60,203 nucleotides of DNA. Source: a virus. Taxonomy: Duplodnaviria; Caudoviricetes. Within the stretch, counting starts at the first letter, position 1. Each line of letters begins with the position of its first letter. Where the stretch lies: the IMG/VR virus record IMGVR_UViG_3300044624_002303, positions 1-60,203 of that record. The stretch is one strand, 5' to 3'. The translations under genes and the position numbers were made by a program. Below are positions 52,591-60,203 of the stretch, piece after piece. The notes beneath the pieces are model-generated. The model searched no databases and was not told the DNA's origin. It saw only the letters and a program-made list of their open reading frames with translations.

Positions 52591-53058
52591 TTACCGGACA
52601 AAACCATAGTAGTTAGGTCTAGTACCGCCACGGGGCTGTAATTCCATGGCGCGACCTGCAAATGCAACTTGCTCGGGAGTGTAACGCTGTCCCTGTGAAA
52701 AAGCTGCAGGAATGCCCTTGATGGCATCTACAAATGAGCCAATGGCTACATTGCGTATGCCCATTTCGTTTGCTTTTTGTGCAGCGCGTTCTTGATAGGC
52801 TAAAGCTTTATCAAACATTGCTTCAGATCGACGAGCAGATTCTGCATCACGCAAATTAAGCATTCCGCCCATTACAGCAAAACCACGAAGATCTTCCGGC
52901 AAGCTTGAAAGTGCAGGGTTAGAAGCAAAACCAATCAACTCAGATATGTAACTATTGCCAGCAAGAGGCATTGTCCCAGGGGTTTGTTCCCCACCAAAAC
53001 GCATTTGATCCCAGACTGGACCACTGCTAAAGGGTTGGCCTTTTACAAAAGAGGTCAT
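52591..53058 (-). CDS. putative internal/ejection protein
   Basis: 155 aa, G/A-rich helical. Confidence 0.55.
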   Translation of the reverse strand: MTSFVKGQPFSSGPVWDQMRFGGEQTPGTMPLAGNSYISELIGFASNPALSSLPEDLRGFAVMGGMLNLRDAESARRSEAMFDKALAYQERAAQKANEMGIRNVAIGSFVDAIKGIPAAFSQGQRYTPEQVAFAGRAMELQPRGGTRPNYYGFVR

Positions 53059-53064
53059 TAGTGA

Positions 53065-53934
53065 TTACCCGAAACGAATCTGAGGAGCTTGCATCACAGA
53101 GCCCGCATACGGATTGTTCTGCAATGCGGTATTAGTAAGTTGAGCAACATTCTGCTGTGCGCCAAGAGCCAGAGAACCAGCCGTTGCAAGTACGCCTTGT
53201 TGCATATAGCCTTGGTTCTGGGTATTCATCAATGCTTGTTGACGAACCAAGTCAGCGTTCTTGAGTTTGTTAATTAAAGGAATATTACGTTGGAGGTTGA
53301 GATATTCTTGATCGGAATATGCTTTGCTCAGATCTGTAAGACTACTGGTATACACACCCATGTTGTCACGGTATTGTGTAGTGCCAAGTTCAGCAAGCTG
53401 TTTATTGATCGCCATCTGGGTGCTAAACTCACCCTCCTTGCCCTTAGTGGGCTTACCTGTTGCTGATTGATACGCCGAAGAAGCGGCTGATGAAGTGATG
53501 CCAGGGAGAATAGCGCCTAGACCCATAAGGCCCAGGCCGATAGCGCTACCAACAACACCGCCTTTACCAATCATTGCCTGTCCCGTACGACCAAGCATGG
53601 CCGCACCACCTGCGGATAAAGCAGCAGGGGCAAGCGCTCCTAAAGCACCAAGGGGACGGCCTGCTTCAATTTCTTGGAGAGTCTCACCAACTGCTGGCAT
53701 TACACCAACAGCAAGAGCTCCGGCCGGTAAAGCGTATTTACCGTAACGTCCAAGAAATTGTTGTGCGGCATCTGCACCCTGCTTTAAGCCTGCTTTGCCT
53801 TGCTCAAGCATTTGTGCGCCGCGCTGACGGTAGCCTGGACCGGGAGCTGATCCCATTACTTCACGCACGTCCCCAGTAGCTGGATCGCCTTCGTAGGTCT
53901 TGCCAGTCGTCGGATCGGTAAAAATACGTGCCAT
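53065..53934 (-). CDS. putative internal/ejection membrane protein
   Basis: GA-rich hydrophobic helices plus a Q-rich coil. Confidence 0.6.
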   Translation of the reverse strand: MARIFTDPTTGKTYEGDPATGDVREVMGSAPGPGYRQRGAQMLEQGKAGLKQGADAAQQFLGRYGKYALPAGALAVGVMPAVGETLQEIEAGRPLGALGALAPAALSAGGAAMLGRTGQAMIGKGGVVGSAIGLGLMGLGAILPGITSSAASSAYQSATGKPTKGKEGEFSTQMAINKQLAELGTTQYRDNMGVYTSSLTDLSKAYSDQEYLNLQRNIPLINKLKNADLVRQQALMNTQNQGYMQQGVLATAGSLALGAQQNVAQLTNTALQNNPYAGSVMQAPQIRFG

Positions 53935-53965
53935 TTATTTAATTACCTTTATAAAATAAATTCTA

Positions 53966-54931
53966 TCACTGCATTATTTCATACTGACCAACGGTCGGTA
54001 ATTTTTGCTCGGTTGCTTTTGCGGCAAGTGCAGCATTAGCTAAGTTACCAGCAATAATGCCAGCACCCGTACCCAACGCAGCACCACCTAAACCACGCCT
54101 GAAGGAACCTCCCAGCTTGGGAGCAGTACGTATCGCGGTTGCAGCACCGGCGATACCACCAACAGCCGCAGTAACAGATGGAATAGTGATTGGATAACCA
54201 AGCATGCGAGCCTCTGGTACCCCCTCAAGATTTTCAGGTGTTGCTTTAATAAGGCCAAGAAATCCTTTGTCTTGATAGTAATTACGTAGATAATTACCGT
54301 AACGTTCAGGTGTTAAGGAAGGAATATCTTTTTGTGCTTCTTCATAAGCAAGGGGACGTCCAGTACGGCCAAGGAAGAAACGCTCAAATAGTTCAGGAAC
54401 AGGTTGCGTTGTTTCCCTGCGATCCTCTGATCCTTCCGCTGCATAAGCCTGGGCAAAACCCTTTGGCCTGAACATCTCACCAGGATTCAAGATGTTGTAA
54501 GCGCCAGCAACGGCTGTAACGGGGACGGCAATACTGGCGGTGATAAGACCTGTCTTTGTAGGCCCCAGGGCTTCGTATGCTTTCTCTCCAAGGGCAGTCT
54601 TGGCGCCTGCCTCAAGAATGGCTAGTGGGTGGTTGTAACGCCAATAGATGCCACGTGTGCCGTCATTAGTGAGGTCCGTCATCAGACGGGTGGCAAAAGC
54701 AGCGGTTGCCTCGACGGGTGTCTCTTTAAAAGAAACGCCTAATTTTTCTAGGTTTTGATGGTACTGCTGTCGAGTGATGTTTTTAATGCCAGGTGCTTCT
54801 TTAAGAATCGTTGGATTACGTTCCCCTTGAAGGTATGCAAGACGACTAGCTTCAGCACTTTTGCTTGCACCTGTAGCTAGCTTTTGCTTTACCTCACCTA
54901 CTTGATTGAGAAGTTGTTGAAAGCCCATCAC
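53966..54931 (-). CDS. putative virion membrane-interacting protein
   Basis: 321 aa with C-terminal GA-rich TM-like helices. Confidence 0.6.
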   Translation of the reverse strand: MMGFQQLLNQVGEVKQKLATGASKSAEASRLAYLQGERNPTILKEAPGIKNITRQQYHQNLEKLGVSFKETPVEATAAFATRLMTDLTNDGTRGIYWRYNHPLAILEAGAKTALGEKAYEALGPTKTGLITASIAVPVTAVAGAYNILNPGEMFRPKGFAQAYAAEGSEDRRETTQPVPELFERFFLGRTGRPLAYEEAQKDIPSLTPERYGNYLRNYYQDKGFLGLIKATPENLEGVPEARMLGYPITIPSVTAAVGGIAGAATAIRTAPKLGGSFRRGLGGAALGTGAGIIAGNLANAALAAKATEQKLPTVGQYEIMQ

Positions 54932-55476
54932 CCTGCACCTCCTAGCGTTTGCCGAATCAACGCTTGATCTTCAGGACTCAAGTACTGCTGCCAACCACCA
55001 CGTTGATTTAACAACTGTTGGAAATCCTGTGGATCTGGTAAACCAGCCATCTGGAAGTTGGTACCTTCAGACAAAAGCTGAGGTGTTTGCAGGTGATTAA
55101 CTAACGCGCGTTGTTCAACTTGTTGTGCAATCTGCTGTGGTTGTCCTGTTCCATAGATAAGTGGAGAGGTTACATAGCCGGCACCAATAGACGCAGCAAT
55201 GTTGAGTGGCGTCTCAAAACGGTGAGTTCCTTGTACAACCGTTTCTTCTCCTGTATCTAAATTTCTTGTCCTAATAGGTTTGTACGCATTAGGCCGGAGC
55301 GCACGCAAACCACCTAAAGCAATAACATCTGCTCCAACGTCTACAGCACCAGAGGCAAGTGCTTGCAGGGGAGTGGCGCCACTAAGTAAAGACAGTCCGG
55401 TCGCAAGGCCGCCACTCATAAGGGCCGGTTTAGCGACATCTTTTAATAGTTGTGCAAAACCTGCCGCAGACGCCAT
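54928..55476 (-). CDS. putative virion protein
   Basis: 182 aa, G/A/L-rich N-terminus; ATGA coupling. Confidence 0.6.
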   Translation of the reverse strand: MASAAGFAQLLKDVAKPALMSGGLATGLSLLSGATPLQALASGAVDVGADVIALGGLRALRPNAYKPIRTRNLDTGEETVVQGTHRFETPLNIAASIGAGYVTSPLIYGTGQPQQIAQQVEQRALVNHLQTPQLLSEGTNFQMAGLPDPQDFQQLLNQRGGWQQYLSPEDQALIRQTLGGAG

Positions 55477-55510
55477 GGTATTGTTTTTCTTTTATTATAG
55501 ATGGCCTGAT

Positions 55511-56086
55511 TTAAGCCTTCTTAACGTCTTCATTATTACGTTTAAAGATTTCTGCTTTATCTTCTGGCGTACTAGACATTAGCTGAGCAACAGACTTATC
55601 GCCTTCTGCTTCTTTCAATGCACGCTGCTCTGCTGCTGCCATCATGTAACCCTTGGGATCTGGGTTATTGACACGTGGCATTGGATTGGAAGCACGCTTC
55701 TCTGGCTTGACGGTTGGGCTAATGCGATAAGCTTCGACCCAGATGGGAGAAAAACCTGGCTGATCTTCTGGACGCAACGCAGTATTAGGCCTGCCTTCCT
55801 CAAAGTTGTAGCCTTCTTTACGTGTGAAGCGACCAATATTAGCAAACACTTCGTATTCTTCTGGTGAATTACCAACGAAGTTAAGACCTGGGTTCAGTTG
55901 TAACTTACGTGTTTGTACGCGACGCAATAGGTCATCTTCTGTAAAGCGGCTTGGCATCCATGGTGCTTTGCCTGTAGATGGCTTTGATGAAAATGAATCA
56001 TCAAAATCAACTTTACGTTTTACCAGGAAAGGATCCTTGGTGAAGTCAATATAACGATCTAGTGCCAGGCGATGATCTTTTGCCAT
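55511..56086 (-). CDS. hypothetical protein
   Basis: 191 aa; TAATG coupling. Confidence 0.65.
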   Translation of the reverse strand: MAKDHRLALDRYIDFTKDPFLVKRKVDFDDSFSSKPSTGKAPWMPSRFTEDDLLRRVQTRKLQLNPGLNFVGNSPEEYEVFANIGRFTRKEGYNFEEGRPNTALRPEDQPGFSPIWVEAYRISPTVKPEKRASNPMPRVNNPDPKGYMMAAAEQRALKEAEGDKSVAQLMSSTPEDKAEIFKRNNEDVKKA

Positions 56087-56304
56087 TACTTCTTATCTTT
56101 TTTCTTTTTTAATCCTACCAACGTTTGACGCAAGCGTGCTTGTTTAACAGTTTTGTCATCGTAGTCATCTGGGTTAGAAAGGACATTTTCCTGCAGTTGA
56201 GCAGTGGTAATGCCTTTGCGTTTTGCTTTAGCAGTGAAGGCACCCTCCTTCATCTCCATGCCTTGAATCCATTTTTTGTCTTTCTTTTTCTTTTGTTCAG
56301 CCAT
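56086..56304 (-). CDS. small Lys-rich basic protein
   Basis: KKWIQ..MKEGAFTAKAK...KQARLRQTL. Confidence 0.7.
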   Translation of the reverse strand: MAEQKKKKDKKWIQGMEMKEGAFTAKAKRKGITTAQLQENVLSNPDDYDDKTVKQARLRQTLVGLKKKKDKK

Positions 56305-56306
56305 AA

Positions 56307-58514
56307 TTAAAACAGACGCGGTTGAATAACAGCTTGTGAAGTAAGAGGGGTTGAACGTCCTCTTTGCAGCTTACTCATATAAGCCTCTAATTGATTAGCG
56401 GCTATGTCTGCTGGTGATTGACGTTGTCTTGCCGCATACCCCGTAATGCCTTGCAAGCCAAGCTGACTTGGAGGAAGAGAAGATGCCGAATAAGGGTCAC
56501 GCGCTCGATAAGAAGTTTCTTGAGGCTCTAAAGTCTCCATTTGCCTGCGAATAGTAGTAAGTTCATCGGGCAAAACACCTCCTCTTGGATTGCGTTCTGA
56601 AGCAATTCTGTTTGCACGTAAAACAGCTTCTGACATACGAACAGAAGACAAAGCTTGTTTTTGCCGTCCCAGGGCTTCTGTCTCTCCTCGGTAACGCAAA
56701 ACATTTTCTGCTTCTTGCGCGGCTGCAAGACTTGTAGGATCACCTGCAGCTTGTCCCATGAGAACCATCTCATTTAAAGCATTGTCATCTAAGTCAGACA
56801 ATGCACTAACAGTCAATTGATTGACTGTTGGCGTTTGTGCTCCACGGGTAGCAATACGTTGTCCTTTTTGCGTGCCTCCGTAACCTGTGCCAAAAGTTAA
56901 AACATCTTCAGGGGATTCAATATATCCGCCTCCTTCAGTAAGAACATCAGTTGGACGCCTACGTGCAGCAGCTGTATTTGGCAAAACTACACCTTTGGCA
57001 ATGCCACTACGTACTACATCACCAGGAGTACCAGGTCTGATGGCGCCTGCAGGCCGTCCTTCCGTCTCCATACCGTAAATACCTACACCTCCTTTAGGAT
57101 CATTGCGCATGTATTCACGTTGTTGTCCACCAGTGGCCAGTTCAAATTTAGGCTCTTCAACAAAACCACGTCCTCCTTTTCCGCGAATAGATGTACCGCT
57201 TGCGGCTTGAAGAATAGGCGAAAGCCCACTTCCTACATCTGGTTGATAAACAGATTGTCCAACGTAAGATGGTGTTTCTAAGTTAAGAACAGAAGGGCGA
57301 TAACCAGGACGAATTTCTACGCTAGCTGGAATAGGTTGAAGAGTTGTCGGATCTTGTTCAAAGAAAATACGCGATCCCTCTTCAATATTTGGGCGAAGAG
57401 ATGTTGGCCATTCTTTATCAATTGTCTGTTGAGCCCAGCGTTGAGCACCCGCCAGACTGCGTTCTGGTTTGACCAGATAGTTATACCTGACACTGTTAAA
57501 GGTATCGGTAAGATCTTCTAACTCCTCTTGAACGCCTTCAATTTGCATTTGGCGTGCACGACGTTGAACAGGGTCTTTCTCTTGTTGTGCAGCATATTGA
57601 AGCATTCCCAAATCTTCTTCGCGTAAACCAATTTGATTGCGTACGTCATCCAGCTGCATGGCACCTGCTTCTGCTTTTGCTTCTTTTGCGAGACGTATAT
57701 CCCTCACAAATTCACTAATGTTTTCTTGTCTGGGTAGACGGCCTAACGCAACTTCTTCAGTAATATATTTTTGTTTAAACTCAGAAACAGGAATCGGCAT
57801 TCCTGCAATTTCAACGGTGTCCGCTTTTACATTGGTAAACAGGTCGCCACCATAAGTAGCACCAAGTTGCAGTGCATTTTTTCTGCGAGTATAACTAGAG
57901 CCATAGGAACTAGCTTCTGCCCCAAGGCGATTAGCTAATTCGTTTTCAATAAGAGTAGGTGTAGGAATGATTCCTTCTTCTAAAAACTCATCTTGAATTA
58001 AAGCTCTTTCATTTTGCATCCAGCGGCCAGCGGACGTGGAAGCCAAGTCCAAGTCTTCGTTACGTTGAAGCTGTTGTGTGATTTTTCCTTCTTTCTGGCG
58101 CAATCCAGTATCAAGTGTTTTAGAAGCCTGTACCTGAACCAGGGGATCAGTCTGTGCTTTAACGGTGGTTAAATCAACGGTTGATTGTGGAATTGCGGTT
58201 GATTTTTTATAAGAGGCTTTAGAAATTGTCGCCATGCTTTCTGGATTAACAGCAGCACGTTGAACCGATTGATCAGCAGTTTTACGAGCTTTATAAAAGT
58301 TACGTCCTAAAACAGCGGCGCCTAAAACACCCAGGCCTGCTGCTGCGGCACCCAGGATGCCGGGTAAATTTGACTCCTCTTGCGGCGCACGCAGCTGATT
58401 ACGGCGGAATTCAAGGACATCTGGTGCTAACTCTGCCCTTTCTTCCGGATCTTCGGGGTATGGGGTCCCAGTGGCACGGCTGTATGCAGCAAAGTCGGCG
58501 GGAGACAGGGCCAT
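56307..58514 (-). CDS. large hypothetical protein
   Basis: 735 aa; N-terminal TM-like GA stretch; central coiled coil. Confidence 0.7.
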   Translation of the reverse strand: MALSPADFAAYSRATGTPYPEDPEERAELAPDVLEFRRNQLRAPQEESNLPGILGAAAAGLGVLGAAVLGRNFYKARKTADQSVQRAAVNPESMATISKASYKKSTAIPQSTVDLTTVKAQTDPLVQVQASKTLDTGLRQKEGKITQQLQRNEDLDLASTSAGRWMQNERALIQDEFLEEGIIPTPTLIENELANRLGAEASSYGSSYTRRKNALQLGATYGGDLFTNVKADTVEIAGMPIPVSEFKQKYITEEVALGRLPRQENISEFVRDIRLAKEAKAEAGAMQLDDVRNQIGLREEDLGMLQYAAQQEKDPVQRRARQMQIEGVQEELEDLTDTFNSVRYNYLVKPERSLAGAQRWAQQTIDKEWPTSLRPNIEEGSRIFFEQDPTTLQPIPASVEIRPGYRPSVLNLETPSYVGQSVYQPDVGSGLSPILQAASGTSIRGKGGRGFVEEPKFELATGGQQREYMRNDPKGGVGIYGMETEGRPAGAIRPGTPGDVVRSGIAKGVVLPNTAAARRRPTDVLTEGGGYIESPEDVLTFGTGYGGTQKGQRIATRGAQTPTVNQLTVSALSDLDDNALNEMVLMGQAAGDPTSLAAAQEAENVLRYRGETEALGRQKQALSSVRMSEAVLRANRIASERNPRGGVLPDELTTIRRQMETLEPQETSYRARDPYSASSLPPSQLGLQGITGYAARQRQSPADIAANQLEAYMSKLQRGRSTPLTSQAVIQPRLF

Positions 58515-58626
58515 GGGACTAACTATTACCTATTGTTTGCTTGTTATTTGTATTTTAGGCCATGAAATGCGAAAGATTGCAGTAAAGTAGTATGAAGACA
58601 ACAGGAATTGGGTTGTAAGTACCAAG

Positions 58627-58836
58627 ATGAACCCCAAAGATAGAGCTGCTCGCATCACTGCGTTAGACACAATTGCAGATGAGGCCGAAAACCTTGTAAA
58701 AACTGGGGCAGATCCTATTTCAGTGCAGCGATTTGCAATTGGCGCACGGAAAGAACTGGCAAAACAAAAGCCTGATAAGGAATCGCACGTAGAAGCAGCG
58801 ATTAAAGCAAAAAAAGCAAAAGATTTATACAGTTAA
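58627..58836 (+). CDS. hypothetical protein
   Basis: 69 aa ORF followed by a terminator. Confidence 0.6.
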   Translation: MNPKDRAARITALDTIADEAENLVKTGADPISVQRFAIGARKELAKQKPDKESHVEAAIKAKKAKDLYS

Positions 58837-58861
58837 AACACAAAATAATTGCATTAACACA

Positions 58862-58888
58862 GCCGGGGCTTAAAACCCCGGCATTTTT
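58862..58888 (+). terminator. Rho-independent terminator
   Basis: GCCGGGG-CTTAAAA-CCCCGGC-ATTTTT. Confidence 0.7.
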
Positions 58889-59062
58889 GTTTGTATTTTT
58901 GGGCAAAACCCTTGATACTGCTACACATTTTAGGTGTTATGTACATCTTGATACATAAGACCGGCCCTATAGGGACCAAAAAAGGAGAAAAAATTTACTG
59001 ACGCTTCTCCAACACCCCACGCGACATGAATTGCGTATAGAAAAAAAGAAAGGTGGGATGGG

Positions 59063-59407
59063 TTGAAAGTATATCGGGGGCTGCGCATCCGTATCACGCA
59101 GGTTACCACCGCATCCAACACCATGCGAATCCACCAGACACCTCGTATTGAGAAGTCCTGGAAGTATGACTGGCGTTACCACGCTGCAGTCGACGGCAAT
59201 GCTGCCGTTGAGAAGGAGTTTGTCGAGTATGCGACTGGAGTACTCCAGTTGCTGACGACATGCGACAGCGTAGAGTTGGTTAACATACCAACAACGCCGA
59301 GGCACTTGCTGTACTGGTTGCTCCACAAGAGCGACAAGAAGCTAGGGCTGACAGTTTATACCGACGAGCAAGGACTTCGTATAACGAAGGTATCTGTTAT
59401 CCGTTGA
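59063..59407 (+). CDS. hypothetical protein (start may be ATG near 59123)
   Basis: ORF with an AC-rich leader before the internal ATG; followed by a CCCCTGG/CCAGGGG hairpin. Confidence 0.5.
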   Translation: MKVYRGLRIRITQVTTASNTMRIHQTPRIEKSWKYDWRYHAAVDGNAAVEKEFVEYATGVLQLLTTCDSVELVNIPTTPRHLLYWLLHKSDKKLGLTVYTDEQGLRITKVSVIR

Positions 59408-59499
59408 CGGTTACCTCTTCCCCTGGTGAGAGCCAGGGGTTTATGCAGCCCTCAATCCCTACATTCCCCACCTAATTACCGTACAATCCTTGTCAATTC

Positions 59500-59535
59500 A
59501 CTAGGTATTTATACCCACGACTAGGTATTTATACC
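59500..59535. repeat. tandem 16-bp direct repeat containing a palindromic operator-like site
   Basis: ACTAGGTATTTATACC at 59500 and 59520 (20-bp period); core GGTAT-TT-ATACC. Confidence 0.7.
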
Positions 59536-59649
59536 TCGTGCGCGACCCCATTTAGGCTACAGCCGCCTGTTGGTCTTACAGAACAGTTACCAGGATCTTT
59601 CGTCGAGCTGGACGTTAAACGTAGCAACGTTTACACATTACACAACACC

Positions 59650-59829
59650 ATGACTCAACGCATTGCAACCTACGTGATCATCGCTGCTTCCATCATGGGT
59701 ATTGGTGGGCAAGCCGTTATCTACTTCACAGATAAGGCAACTGCTCACCAATGCATTAACCATGACTGGCCTAAGGAGCATGACACACTCCACCGTAACT
59801 GGTGCATCACCAACGGTTACGACATCTGA
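59650..59829 (+). CDS. 59 aa membrane-anchored protein (absent from the ORF track)
   Basis: MTQRIATYVIIAASIMGIGGQAVIYFTDKATAHQCINHDWP...WCITNGYDI. Confidence 0.65.
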   Translation: MTQRIATYVIIAASIMGIGGQAVIYFTDKATAHQCINHDWPKEHDTLHRNWCITNGYDI

Positions 59830-59872
59830 GTCCGTTTAAGCGGCGTTCCAGGGTGCAATCCCCTGGTTCAGA
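59825..59872 (+). repeat. structured intergenic element, copy 1 (mini-tRNA-like)
   Basis: TCTGA/TCAGA outer stem, CCGT-TTAA-GCGG, CCAGGG-TGCAATC-CCCTGG. Confidence 0.65.
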
Positions 59873-59914
59873 CTTGCCTACAGCAGAGATAGGCACTGCA
59901 TACACGGAGTAACC

Positions 59915-60112
59915 GTGGACTATACCGTCAACATCATCGAGCGTAACGGTCAGTACTTCCTCCAAGAAGTCTTTGCAGTTACTGAGTTCCAGTATGTGGA
60001 ACAAGTGACTGCAGGTCCGTTCCAAGCTCGATGGCAAGCGGACGTGCAGCGCTCACAGGAGTACCCGGCATACCGGGGACTAACCGATGAGTACTGCCGT
60101 CTGCAACACTGA
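59915..60112 (+). CDS. hypothetical protein
   Basis: GGAG SD with a GTG start; 65 aa. Confidence 0.6.
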   Translation: MDYTVNIIERNGQYFLQEVFAVTEFQYVEQVTAGPFQARWQADVQRSQEYPAYRGLTDEYCRLQH

Positions 60113-60155
60113 GTCCGTATAAGCGGCATTGGCAGGTGCAATCCCTGCCTTCAGT
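60108..60155 (+). repeat. structured intergenic element, copy 2 (mini-tRNA-like)
   Basis: ACTGA/TCAGT outer stem, CCGT-ATAA-GCGG, GGCAGG-TGCAATC-CCTGCC. Confidence 0.65.
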
Positions 60156-60203
60156 ATTGCCACAACTCAGTGGCATCTCACAACACTACCCATGACTTAC
60201 TAC

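Noticed and set aside
58930-59326. - strand ORFs 58930-59124 and 58967-59326
   Set aside because: They overlap a more plausible + strand ORF with an early-type leader and cross low-complexity A/T tracts.

Overview
A 60 kb segment of a tailed dsDNA cyanophage (Caudoviricetes). The host is probably a freshwater picocyanobacterium, given the hli, nblA-like and CP12-like genes. The gene set resembles Synechococcus phage S-EIV1 as I recall it; I did not verify this. About 1-20 kb is mostly + strand early, replication and host-takeover genes: a SWIM protein, Gp157-like, Dps, a PD-(D/E)XK exonuclease, primase-SF3 helicase, SpeD, a GT4 glycosyltransferase, several HNH genes and an ori-like inverted repeat. 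A - strand island at 6.9-11.2 kb holds a compact array of seven structured RNAs (tRNA-Pro plus two tRNA-like RNAs lacking a normal anticodon loop), a methyltransferase and hli. About 20.4-58.5 kb is mostly - strand late genes: four different peptidoglycan hydrolases, tail fibres, major capsid, scaffold, portal, terminase and many Gly/Ala/Gln-rich virion proteins, with a + strand block at 26.9-30.4 kb (HTH, Dam-like, dcd, DUF3310). The last 1.6 kb is an early-type region in which small ORFs alternate with repeated structured RNA elements. The most notable observations are the ncRNA array, a covarying mini-tRNA-like intergenic repeat, a circularly permuted M23 peptidase that shares a C-terminal tag with a lysozyme, and a minimal CP12-like peptide. 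All calls come from motif reading by eye; no searches were run.
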